Source: Cenococcum geophilum (lineage: Eukaryota). Taken from it: DNA of 64,000 nt. Within the stretch, counting starts at the first letter, position 1. Every line of letters starts with the position of its first letter. This document shows positions 1-12,699 of this stretch, in pieces. The notes beneath the pieces are model-generated. The model was not told where the DNA came from. It saw only the letters and a list, made by a program, of their open reading frames with translations, and searched no databases. A program made the translations under genes and the position numbers. The DNA lies in assembly GCA_050273025.1 (NCBI GenBank), contig CP158635.1:10850001-10914000 (forward strand), given 5' to 3'.

Positions 1-1566
1 CTTATAGTCCTCTATAAGCGTATTATTAATTATCTTAGCTAGCATATTTAGTTAGTAATTAAGCGGCAATAGGACCTAGATTCTAGTAGGATCCTACTAA
101 GGCGACCTAAGTTAATACTAGTATCGTACTAAGATAGTTAGGAAGGTTAATTTCCTAACACTACTAGGGCCTTATATTAGCAAAATACCGCCTATTATAT
201 ATTTAAGCGTAGTACAGGCATCTATTTGCTCTTTATTAAGTAGCAGTAAAACGGCCTTAAGGGCATTATTAACTAAGTTCTTCCTATACTTAGCGATATT
301 ATAGTTAAAGTAATTAATATACGGGAGATCTATAAAGTTATTAGATAGCGTAATTTAGCGCTTAATATAGAAACTGTCGCCTCCTTACTATAGGTGGTAT
401 AGAGTATTAATCTTTTAGGAGATTCTAACCTTAGGGACACGCTTAGTTACGAGATATTTAATACCCTATACTATAATTAGGGCCTTACTTAGGTTACCAA
501 CTATTATAAAGTTGTTACTGCTTAGGATATACTCTAGAGCAAATATAGGGTTTAGTATAAACTTATAACCCACCTATAGTTAAAAAATAAAAGTATAGTA
601 GTTATAGCCGGAGCTAAAGGGAGTAGTATTAATAATAACTTCTTCCTAGCTGGCCTAGCTATCTGCGTCTTTACCTAGGAATAAGATATTAATAATAGAG
701 TTAGTATAAAGGGCAAGACTATTAACTATTTAGATAGTAGCGTAGTAGACTTAGTTTGCGCTACCTAAGAAGGTAATAAGATAAATAATAGTAGGTACCT
801 AGGGGTTCTGATTAACGGCTTTAAGGCTCGCGACTATGGTATAGAACTGGACTATAAAATACTTAAGAACGCTATTGAACTAATACCTTACGGGGATTTT
901 ATATAATGGTCGGTCCTCCACTAAGAGCTATATACTAAGTTGGATATTTATATTATAGTTCTTCTACTAGCGACCTAAAGGATTATTAACGCTCTGCTGT
1001 TATAGGCTCGCGTTTAGGCTCGCGATATAACTATTAAGCTATTTAGTGCCTAGTGTAAAGAAGTAGACAACGACTATAGGATTATTTAACAGCATATTTT
1101 AAGCTTTATAGATTTGTGGTATAAACGGGCCGAAGTCCCTGTTAATAAAGAAGTACTTACTAAGTAACGTGCGCGTACCTAGTGTAAGTTTATTAGAGGC
1201 GATAATGAACCTAATATAGTAAAGTTATAGGGTTATAGTATCTTGTGGGAGAATATAAGTAAGATACTTAAGCGTAGTTAGACGTAATAGTTGTTAAGTA
1301 ACTAGAGAAGCAGTATTAGTAGTATTAACCTTAATATTACCGGCGATATTGGTATTTGTAAATCGGATAGACGCCGTCTTATATAAATAATAAGTAGGTA
1401 TTCTACCGGTCTTGTAAGACGCCTAGAATATAATACTATATGCTATAATATACTCTTTAATAATTTGCATAACAAACTAAACTATAAAGTAGTTATTATT
1501 TAGAAGCTAAAGTATATTTAAAGGTTCGGCTATTACGGAATTGCTGTCCTTTATATAGGTGTCTAG
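1..1566 (+). pseudogene. RIP-degraded ORF relic, 5' end outside window; weak resemblance to an SF2/SNF2 helicase C-terminal lobe
   Basis: Frame from 1261 reads LLSN*RSSISSINLNITGDIGICKSD..*IISR; stops are TAA/TAG as expected from RIP. Only loosely similar to helicase motif V. Confidence 0.3.
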
Positions 1567-2620
1567 ATTATCTACTAGGCTATCTACTACTAGATAGAAG
1601 CTGGCTGTATTAAGAGGTTTAGGTAATAGAGAGGTAGTAGTACCTAGTGCATCTACCTTACCTAAAGCGGTTACGGCGTCTATTACCTAAATTAAAGTAG
1701 GTCTACTTATGCAATTATTAATATTATACCCTATAACTCCGTAGTTCTTATATACCTAACTATAAAAGATAGTTTAATGGTCTAGGGAGCTATAGTTTAG
1801 GCAAGTTTACTTTTTCTTACCTAATAGCTAGGGACAGTCTCACTTTCTATAGCCTATAGCACTATATTAGTTACACGTTATACTAGGATAATTACTCTTA
1901 AGATAACTAGCTTCCCTATAATTATTATATATAGGGTTAAGGCAGTTAGCTTTAAAATAACTAGCCTTACTATAGCCGCGATAAAGTTAAAAAGCTTTCT
2001 TAAGAGGACAATCGGCGCGTATATGGCCGGTAAATAGATAAAGATAGCATTTTAGAGCGTTATTAGCCGAGAGGTATAGACTGCTAAGCTCTAGAAAAAG
2101 AGGCTCGTTAAGCGTAGGGCCCTTACTATTACCTTACAAGACACTAGAGCTTATAGTCGCTTTAGTTAAGGTAATTTTAAAAACTATAACGCCCTTAGCG
2201 AACTTTTTATAGTTACGGATATAGTTAACGTCGCAAGTTATAAAATAATTAGTAGGTAAGTCTATTTTAGTAGTAGGTTGTATTAAGCGGTAGTTTATAT
2301 AAACATATTAGTAGATATAGATTCTCTATTATATAGCTAAGGCTAAAGATAAGGTAGCTAACTTACTACGTTATAAGGCTCTATAGCTTAGATAGATCTA
2401 CGGAGGCACTAGTTATAGAGGTAGATGCTAGTAAGGTAGGAGTAAGGGTAGGTAGTTAGTAGAGTTAGGTTAACTAGTAAAGGTAAGGAAATAAGGCGCG
2501 CCCTAATAAAATTATATAAGTAAGGCCTTGGCGGTAAAGTATACGGTTATATACTTTATAGGTTAAACGCGTATAAGGGTAAATCTATAGTAATAAGACT
2601 AACCTATAAAGGAAGACGCG

Positions 2621-3865
2621 GTATAGTATAAGTTATAGGGACTACCCTACCTAGCCTATCTCTTAATATAGGCTAGGCGATAGTCTAGCACTATTAAGCT
2701 CTTATAGTTTATAATGCGAGTATATAGACATATAAAAGGGTAAGGGAAAAGAGAAGTAAGTAGTAAAGTAAAAGTACTTTATTATAGGCAGGCTAATTAC
2801 GTTATAGGTAAACGGAAACTTAAATACTATAATCCGTTAAAAATATCACTAATAAGCACAGCCTACCACTGCTAGAAAGTATAAGTCTTTTCCTCCCTTA
2901 ATTAGTAAGAGAAAAGGCATTATTAACTAAATAATCTTTTACTAGAGTATAGGGTAGAAAATAGGATATTATAAGACTGTATATAGTTCTAAATAAATCT
3001 AAAATAAAGATATTAAATTTAAGAGACTCTAACGTAATAAATACTATAGTAGAATACTAACCTTTTATATAACACTAAATAAATAAATAGTAAGATAAGT
3101 TAATATTACTAAGCGGCTAGATGCTAGTATATATAACATATTTACTATCCTAAAATACCCTAAAATGCTATAAAATGCCGCAAAATACTATTAATTATAT
3201 AAACTTATAATATAAAATATAAAACCTTTTACTACCTTTTATAGTAGATATACGTTTAAATAAGCACTAGATATTTATGCATAGATATAGATCCTGCGTA
3301 CTAGATAATTATTATTCTAAATAGACTTATCTAGTAGGCCCTTAAGTGCTATATAGTATAATAATAATACTAGCAATTATAAAGTAAGTATAATACGTCG
3401 CCGTCTACTAGAAGTACTACCTATTATATACTAAGTACTTTATAGTAATGGAGTCCGCATATATAAACATAGGCTAGCCCTATAACTCTAGTGGCGTGTA
3501 TATCTACCGACTTTATATAATAATAAGAAATATAGTAACGCCTATAATAAGTGCAATATATTACAATTTACTAGAAATACTACCTATTATATAGTAAACA
3601 CTTTATAGCAATAGAGCCTATACGTATAGATATAGGCCAGCCCTTTAACTCTAGCGGCGCGTATATATACTAACTCTATATAATAATAAGAAATATAGTA
3701 ACGCCTATAACCTCCTATATTCTACTATATTATAATAACTAGTTACCCCTTTATAGGCACTTAATAAATTGCTTATATTAAAAACTATAAGAGTTTAGCA
3801 GTACTAAACCGCCACCTAGCCCTAAATAGGCTAGGTAGGGTGGTCCCTATAAGTTATATAATTAT
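2621..3865. repeat. Inverted repeat pair (about 2621-2745 and 3742-3865)
   Basis: Reverse complement of 2627-2659 (ataggctaggtagggtagtccctataacttata) matches 3826-3858 at 31/33; 2671-2710 also pairs with 3782-3821. Confidence 0.8.
3406..3710. repeat. Direct duplication, about 142-bp unit with 163-bp period
   Basis: 3406-3547 and 3569-3710 align (tactagaaRtactacctattatata...ataataataagaaatatagtaacgcctataa); most differences are transitions. Confidence 0.85.
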
Positions 3866-4189
3866 ACCCTTATTTAACTATATAGTACTAAGTCTAGCTA
3901 TATTTACCCTAACTAATAGTAGTAAACTATAGCTAATTTTACCTCTATGCGGGCACGTGCGGGCAATTATAAGATTTACCTCTTTACCTCTTCTTAATTA
4001 ACTTTACTTATCCTACCTTTTATCTCTCCTATAACTAACCTCTAACTATATCTAATACTAGAGTTATACTAGTATACTACTAGCCAGCTACCGTATAAAG
4101 CCCTTTTACTTTAATAGTTACCTTCTACTTAATATATGCTATAATATTATATATACCTAATTAAATAAGCGACTTAATAATAATATAAA

Positions 4190-7100
4190 TATAGGTAAAG
4201 CTAGACGCGTAGTATAAGGCGAACCTAAAGCTAACTAAAGATGCGGATATTGCCTAAGGCTTTAAAATAAGTATTAAAAACTATAATAAACTAAAAGAGA
4301 CGGTTAAAGATATTGCGATTAAAGTTAAACCTAAGCACGTAATATATTGCGGTAACTCTATAATATTAAAAAAAGGGTATATTAAGGAGTTTTATAAGTA
4401 ACTCCTATAATTTACTAATACTCTACTAGATTAGAAACTACAGGTAATCCTAAAAATTATAGAAAGTACTTATTCTAATCACGTAAGGAGGGTACTAAGT
4501 ACCTTTAAGAGTGGGCGCGCTCTGCGTAAATATATATTACCCCTAAAAACCAAAGCATAAGACAAGATAATGCTACCTTAGCTACTATATATAATACAGC
4601 CTATAGACATTACTATAACCCTACTATATAGTATCCCTTCGCCTTAGCTAGTAACCCTAGTAGTAAGTAACATAATTAATATAGGAGATATTAAGATTAA
4701 AATTTAATTCATAGGCTTAATAGGTAGGTTAATAGTTAGGGTAGTTTAAGTCTTATATCTAATAAGCGGAAACCTATATATAGCTCTAGGCAAGCTATAA
4801 GAGGAACTATAAGCCTATATAGAGCTTAATATTAACGGTCCGCCCAAAAAGAATATCTATATATTGCTATAGAGATATAAAAACCTCGCAATATAGTTAG
4901 AGGGCATACTTATTATAGCTCTTAGCGAAATAGCAAGAAATAGTATAAAGGAGGCTATACTTATAGCATTACTTTCACCTCCTAGCTTAAACTCCTAAGT
5001 CGCTACTACTAATAATATACCGCTAGCTATTAAATCTAAGGCACCTAGACGTAATAGACGTAGCGTAAAAAATAGCTAGTAAGTCCTAACGCCGTATAAG
5101 GTTAGCGATAAGAGTAAATTAGGAGAAAGTAAGAAGTAAAGTTAATTAGGATTAGCAGTATATAGCTCTAAGGAAGGTAGTAAGGGTAAGCCTATTAGAT
5201 ATAAGAAATCGGATAATAGTAAGACTAAATTAGGTAGATATAATAAGTGGCCTTAACTAAAATTAGTAATAAGTACTTTGGCGGAAGATAATAAAAGCAA
5301 GCCGGCCGCGCCTAGGAAGTTAAATAGTTATAAGGCCAGCCTAAATAGAAGTAGGAAATGCCCTTAAGCAAAATTAGCGGTAGATACCCTTATAGAAAAC
5401 AGTAATAATAAGCCGGTTATACATAGAAGGCAATTAGTAAAGAGAAGACGTAACCTATTTACCTATAAGCCTACATTAGAGAGTAACAGCGGTACTAGAG
5501 AAATTACCGTAGATAACGGTAAATCGCCATAACCTATTACTGAACCTAAAGGTATATACTAGCCTAATAATGTAATAGACGACCCTACTACCGCATCGCT
5601 AACTATTAATACCCCTTAAGATATTACCATAGAGGATAGTAAATTGCCGTAACGTACTAGTAGATATAATAATTAGTTCTTATATTACACTAACTTTAAA
5701 AACACGGAGAGTAGAGATAAAGATAAGGATTTAGTTAATAATAAGGACTAAGACAAGGATTTAGTTAATAATAACGACTAAGATAAGGATTTAGTTAATA
5801 ATAACGACTAAAACATAGATGTAGAGGAAAAGCTTAACTAGTAATCTTTTTTAGCCCAGCTTTAGAAGGCTAGGAAGGATAACCTAAATAGCGTACTAGC
5901 GTATATAATGGAGGCGGATCTTTTACTTACTCTAGAGTATTTCCTACTTATTTTATTAAAAGTACTCTCTAAGACCACCCTAATCGAACTCCCTAATTAG
6001 GGCCTCGTATTAGGCTTTAAATTTAGCCTATACTAAGTAGTATATATAGCTTAGGCATTTAAGCAAGAGAGGACAATTAAAGGAGGCGGTATCTGTGTAG
6101 ACGAACCTGGCGCGGGCAAGACTATATAAATAATTACTTAATAGCTAATAAACTACTTTTATTATTAGAATATAATAGATATTTAAGAGGCCTAAGCCGC
6201 TAGGGACGTAGCCCGCTACCTACCTAAGATACATCCGCCGGATATAAAATACCTATAAGTAGTAAAGCAGCCGATTATATACTACTGCGAAGACAACTTT
6301 AAGAAACTATACCCTACAGATCTATAGTAAGGCTACTTAGTCGTCCTTACGCTAACCTTGGGCCTGCTAGGATTCCTAAAGAACACAAGTGCAATATTAT
6401 AAGACGGCGCGATTATAAAGCGCCCTAACCCGCCTTAGATTATAATTCTCGCCCCTAGCTATAATAAAGTTAAGATATTTAGTAAACTAAAAAAGGATAA
6501 ATAGCCGTAAATCTATAAGGCTCTTAAATGGACCAATAAGGAATAATAGGAGAAAAATACTAATATATATCTGGTTGGCAAGACTCTCCTATTATACCTA
6601 TAGGGTAAAGCTAGGTTTAAGAATAATTATTACCTTACCCCTAATGCGACAGAACTATTAGCGCTAAGATACTTAACCTAATTCCTTCTAATTACTATAC
6701 GAAATTGTATTACCACATAACTAATACGCGGGTTTATTACTATATAAACTAGTATATAGAAACACCTAAAGGGTAAAACCCCTAAATCGTATTAGAAATT
6801 AAAGAGTGTAATATAGGTTAGGCGTATCCTCTAGGATAAATGCCACCTAGACGTAACCGGTAGAGTCTTAATATCGTTTATTAAGGATGTAGTTAAGGAG
6901 TACTATATCGCGTATAATCGCAGCCCTACTATATAGGGTATATCTGGCACGCTTAATAACGGGAACCTAATGCAACTAATACGGTTTATTATAGCAGGAT
7001 TAAAGAGGCCTAAGTAGGAAGAAGTAGATAAGCTAAAGGGAACGGAGTTTAAAGTACTGCTTAAGCTTAAAGAAGAAAACATCTAGCTAAAGAAGAAGGA

Positions 7101-8250
7101 ATTTAACCGTCTCTATAAGGATATAAAGACTAACCTATCTAAAGTAATAGCAAATAAGAAATTCGGCGAACTAGCTATATTTTTCCGTATAGTTATTCTA
7201 ACGTTTTAGATATATAAAGGGGAGTTAACACTCTAGTTTAACTAGTAAAAGCTTATCCTAAAGAACAGCTATTTTAAATTAGTTACGTTATAGGCCAACC
7301 CTAATAACACTAAGGCGGCTATAATTATAGCTATAGAGGACTAAGTAAGGATAGAGTAAAGGCGCCAATATAAGGAACTTCTGGCTATATAGGAGGAAGA
7401 TAGTAGCGATCTAAATACTAAACCTAAGATACTAAAACTTACCTAAGCTAAGTTATATACTAACGCGAAAACGGCAGTAAGCGTAGCTTAGGTTGTCCAA
7501 TACTGGGACTAGTATACCCCTATTATAATCGAGTCTAATAAGTCTAATAAGTCTAATAATAAACGCCTAAAAACTTAAAGTTGCATACTTAAGGACCTAA
7601 TTATCGCTAAGTGGACTACTAACCTACTTAGTAAGAAGTTCACCAATATACTTAACCGCTATTTTTAATAAAATACAAAGTTCTTTAAAGCTAAAAAAAT
7701 CTATAATTACGTTTATGACGAAAATGGACAAATGGTTTAGCGTGTAAGATTATTATTACTACTTACTTACCTCTTATACTAGCTTATTAGTTTAATAGGC
7801 TATATAAAGAATATAGCGAAGATAAGGTGCTCCGCTATACAGCCAGTATATCTAATATTAAAAAGGCTGAGGCTAGGTAAACCTTTAATACTAATAACTC
7901 TAAGTAGATCCTACTTTGCACCTTTACATTAATTAGGCTAGCCATTAACCTATAGCGCGTAAATTATACTATTATGGTTAAGCCAAGCTATAAGCTCTTA
8001 GAGGTAAAGTAACTGTTTACTTAAATAGATTAACGAGGATAGACCGAGCCTATTTGCTATAGTATTATTATAGCTAATTAGAAGTCGAGTATTAAGTAAA
8101 GGATATTAAAGTTAACTAAATTTATATCGTTACTGCAGAAGTTGGTGTATAAGGAGAAGGCCAATTTAAGCTTAAAAGTAGGCTAAGGTAAGAAGGAAGA
8201 CACTAAGACTATCTAATGCTAGTAACGATTATAAGAGTATAATATAACTA
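4190..8250 (+). pseudogene. SNF2-family (SF2) ATPase/helicase relic; helicase core about 5950-8100, with a probable low-complexity N-terminal region
   Basis: Motif I GGGICVDEPGAGKT (about 6082-6123); motif II RIL*DKCH, de-RIP RILWDECH (about 6822-6846); motif III *GISGT (about 6934-6951); motif VI-like EPSY...Q...R..QRGQ (about 7980-8045). Many RIP stops; start and end approximate. Confidence 0.75.
5721..5811 (+). repeat. 30-bp tandem repeat x3, originally coding an acidic DKDLVDD-like unit
   Basis: gataaggatttagttaataataaSgactaa repeated three times. Confidence 0.8.
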
Positions 8251-8587
8251 TAGATAGTTCTAAATACTATATATAGTTACTATATAGCGAAACCTATTAT
8301 AATTATATAGTGGTATATATACGGGCTAAGGGATGTGTCTTCTAGTAACTTATAAGTAGTAGCGTAGCGTATATAGTAAACTTAGTTAAAATATTTCCAG
8401 TATTATTATTTCTAAGAGAGTATTAAGCTATATTACGGGACTAACACGCGTTATTATAATTTGGCTTATAAGCGTACGCGTATATATAAGTATAAACTTA
8501 ACCCCTAAGCAACGCGTATATATACTACCTTACCTCCTATATAGATCTTTACGCGACATTAATCATATACTTTTACCTTATACCTTA

Positions 8588-8650
8588 ATAGTCAGCTTAT
8601 ACTGTAATAGTCGGCTTATACTATAATAAGCGGCTTATACTGTAACAAGC
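8588..8650. repeat. 19-bp tandem repeat x3
   Basis: Units like tagtcggcttatactRtaa repeated. Confidence 0.7.
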
Positions 8651-8679
8651 TGCAGCTTGCAGCACTATTATTATTAAGG

Positions 8680-9169
8680 CAGCGTTTAGCCGCAAAATGC
8701 AACTAAATGCGGCTAAATGCCGAAATTGCTAGATTAGCATAAACCTAACTTAAGATACTAGTAAATTTTTTCATAATGCTAGAGCCTTAGCGAGATTTTT
8801 ATAGGGGTAGTAACTTTAATATTTATTAATAATATATAAAATATAAAATATAAAAATTATTAAAATTACTAAAATTATAAAATTATACTTTTATGCATGC
8901 TTACTAATATTAATAAAGTATATATAAAATATAAAATTTATAAAATTTATACTTTTATATATGCTTAGTAATCTTATAATTAGCGCTTAGTAGCTAAATG
9001 CTAAGACTTAATTATAAATGCCGTATTTAGCCGCTAAATGTAGCATTTATAACTAAGTACTAGCATTTAGCTGCTAAATGCTAGGAAATGCTGGAAATGC
9101 TAGGAAATGCTAGGAAATGCTAAAATGGCTAAAAAGTAAAAATAAATGCTGGTAAATTTTTTCCTAACG
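8680..9169. mobile_element. Right terminus of a large TIR-type element: AAATGC subterminal repeats and two copies of a terminal motif
   Basis: atactagtaaattttttcataatg (8755-8778) and atgctggtaaattttttcctaacg (9146-9169) resemble the ...aaatttcctgatg end at 42806. Arrays of gctaaatg/ggaaatgct lie at 8685-8720 and 8990-9125. Confidence 0.5.
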
Positions 9170-9479
9170 TAGAACGTATAATTATCTAATTAATAGTATA
9201 GAATAAGAGTTATAGGTAAGTAGAAGATAAGTTAGGGTAGAACGATCTTTATAAATAAAGGATAAATGCTTTCTAACCTCTTCTATTTAGAGACTAATTA
9301 CTAGCTCTTCTCTAAAGGAGAACTAGCTCCCTATATGATTTTTCTAAAACGCTAGTAAAACCCTTTACCCCTTATCTATCTAACTATGTCTTTTAGGACG
9401 TAGATGGAATATAGATAGGATATAGATAAAACCTCCTACTGTCTTATCTAATATATACCTTCTAGGGGATTCCGTTATA
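9170..9479 (-). repeat. 3' LTR of the 9170-21653 element
   Basis: Near-identical to 21340-21653; ends ggattccgttata (RIP of TGTAACGGAATCC on -). Confidence 0.9.
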
Positions 9480-11284
9480 ATTGCCTCCCCTTTAAGGGTC
9501 TTAGTCCTTTAAGACTTTACCTCTACTAAGCTTTTATAGAGTTCCGGCTAAAACTACTAGGGAAGATTCTTAGTGGAAAGGTACTTTATAATACGGCTTA
9601 TAGCTAGTTCTTTATTAGCGTAGAACTTTACTTTATCTTTAGTTCCTCCGCTCTTCTTCTACTATAGCTTTTTATAATGCCTTTATAATAGAACTAAAAT
9701 AATAATAATAAAAATTAGATGGGATTTACCTTTCTTATTATAAGAGTTTGTTATAAGTTAATTTAGAGGTTATCCTATACAACGCGTCTATAAGCTACTA
9801 TTCCTATTTACCTAAAATAGGTTCTAATAATAACATCTTAATTTTAATTTCTTCTAGTTTATAAGCTGTTGTCTCTTACGCGTCTTTTTATTAACAACAC
9901 TATTTGTCTTATCTCTTAGCAGACTATTTTTACTATATCTTAGCTTTTAGCTTCTATATCTCTAGCTATTCTTTTATAACTGCTTTATTCTCTTCTTATA
10001 ATACATTTATAAATAATAGGATCCCTATTTTATCTCCGTTAATAATACTAACTTCTTATAATATTCTCTTATAATGTCTTATAGTTATACTGCGCGTTCC
10101 CTAACTAGCGGCAATATTGTTTTAGTGCTACCCTAGACCACCTCTATTGCTCCTATAGTAATCTCTTTAAAGTGCTACCGTTATTATATTTACGCGCTTA
10201 CGCTAGACCTATCTTACGCCTATAAGATGCCTTACTCTAATAAAAACAAATCTAAGTATTCCTATTGCCGTAGTAGAAGAAAGACTTATATTTTAGTATT
10301 TTCCATTCTATTTTATTCTAAATTTTACTAATTATATTAGATCCCCGCCATTTATATATATAAGACTTATAAGCTCTATTACGCCATTTAGGATTTCCGC
10401 CTATATTTAAAAATAGTAATAGATAAGGATAGAAGGTATCTACCCTTGCTTATAGGCTCTTTAATTTAATAAGGGTTTCCACTATTATAGAGACGTAATA
10501 ATCTCGGATATATAGTATTTAAGAGCGTATATGCGAGTAGCTTACCCTTATAAATAATAACATTTATACTCTTACGTGGGCCTTTTTAGCTAGGTAAGTT
10601 TCTCTAGTAATATATTTAGGAACTATACTAACTTTCTTAGCTAACGGCTTTTAGATCCCTATTTAAATACTAATCTATCTATCGCAGTCACGTGAGGGGA
10701 TATTTAATTTTTGTATAATTGGGAGGCGTAGGGCTATAAGGTCGCTCTAGGGCTAGTTCTTAGCAGTTTTACTAGTTCCTAGCACTTAAATCTGCTAAGG
10801 ATTTGCCCTAAAGCGGCTAGATGTCCCCGACCGTAAGCCTATAGCTATAAGACTATCTAACTGTAGTAGTCGCATTAAGGTTGGCTCTTAGTAGTTTTAC
10901 TAGTTCCTAGCACCTACTAAAGAATTACCTTAAAGCGCTATCTATATATAATACATACTAAGTATAAGGGATGGCGGGTGGGGAAAGCGAATTAGCTACG
11001 TAGTGACTGCGTTTAATATTCGCGAATATTACAGGAGGTCTTAGCATTGTGCGTTGCTAAGGTAGATGCTGCCAAGCAATATATAGACGCTAGTATCTAT
11101 CTATCACAGTCACGTAAGGGGATATTTAATTTTTGTATAATTGGGAGGCGTAGGGCTATAAGGTCGCTCTAGGGCTAGTTCTTAGCAGTTTTACTAGTTC
11201 CTAGCACTTAAATCTGCTAAGGATTTGCCCTAAAGCGGCCAGATATCCCTAAGCGAAGCTCCTGCGCCCAATAAGACATTACCG

Positions 11285-11427
11285 TATTCTGCTATATTCT
11301 GCCAAATTCTACCACCTTATTGCATTCTGCTAAATTCTGCTATATTGTCGCATTCTGCCAAATTCTACTATATTATTATATTCTGCCAAGTTCTGCTATA
11401 TTATCGTATTCTGCCAAATTCTACTAA
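11285..11427. repeat. Degenerate tandem repeats (attctgccaa/attctgctat) in the Ngaro 3' region
   Basis: Repeated ~10-bp units visible directly. Confidence 0.75.
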
Positions 11428-11589
11428 CCCTAAGTTATAAGCTAACCAATTAGGATTTTCTATGCCCGGTATAGAAAATCGCTATTAGCTTGCTTACCAC
11501 TAGCGCCTTAGCGGCCCTCTTAACATCTTAACCTACTATATAGTAATCCTTACGCTAAGAGCGGTACACTACGCTAAAAGTAAGAGTTA

Positions 11590-12600
11590 AGGCGATGGAG
11601 GTTAGTAGTTTTAGTCCTAATATATAGGCGAAAGGCTTCTAATAACCACCGACCTAGCTACTAAATTTGTTAATATAAACACCCTAAATCTTTAGCGAAC
11701 TAGGCAGCGCCCTAGCGGAAGGAGTAGTTTAAGTAACTATTTAGGTTAATCCTAGCAGCTACTAAACGGGAGAAAAGGATTTTGCGAACCCCTAGAGAGG
11801 TAAAGGGTTTACTATTAAGACTGAATAAGGGAAAGTTAAGGGGTTAAGGGTCCCTATTAAACAGCTTTATTATAGCAGTGACTGGGCATAATAGGCCGCC
11901 TACCGCCGCGATGGCGACGTTAACGCCCTAGTGTTACTTATCGGCTTTACTCTATTTAAGGCGGAATGTTATCCTACTAGGCGTAAAGGTGATATTATAT
12001 TGAGTGGCCTTTTTTGCTAGGAAGGTCGTTCGGTTCTTAAGCTCCGCCGTAATATACATAATTTCGCCTATCTATAGAAATCTAGTAAATGCGAGGGTAA
12101 ATGCGGTATTAGTATTAATATCTAGTAGCGATGGGCTGTATATCACTACCTAGGCTAAAATATCCCTAGTAATAGGTTACTTATCCTTTTTTGCTAAGGG
12201 AGAGATAGCGGCTACTCCGGTGAGTAATCGGTATACTATAGGATCCTTAAATACTGTAATTAAGATGCCGTAATCCACGTAGCGCGAGCGAATTGCGGAG
12301 ACGTAGGCTTATAAGGTTTCGGCCTTAAGCCTGCCTATTTATAGCTAGGAGGTACTAAACGCGCGGCAGGTAATCTATTCGCCTAGTTTATACGGCTTAG
12401 CTAGGTAGGGGGAGACTCCTTTAAGTGCGTAGTATAACTCCTAGCTGTTAACTGCTAAGGAATAGTTTCTACGGGTTACTGGCGTAAGGCTGTTCTAGAG
12501 AAGGAGCGCGTAGAGGTTAGATAGCGCGTTAATATTATCTTTAAAGTTTATAGGCGGTTGTAAGTAGTCTATTAGGTTTACGGCACCTATTAAAAACTTA
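11590..12600 (-). pseudogene. Tyrosine recombinase of the Ngaro element
   Basis: Reverse complement of ~11700-11735 reads YLNYSFR*GAA, de-RIP HSFRRGAA (HxxR motif), followed by a LGRW-like segment. Confidence 0.85.
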
Positions 12601-12699
12601 TTAGCTTTAGTAGTAATAAATTAAGGGCCTAGTATAGGCAGAACTAATAGATAGCCGCGGCCTAGAATTAAGATAGTGTATTAGCTAAGCTATTTAAAT

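Noticed and set aside
1600..2450. Possible minus-strand gene relic
   Set aside because: Too degraded to assign a frame or family by eye.
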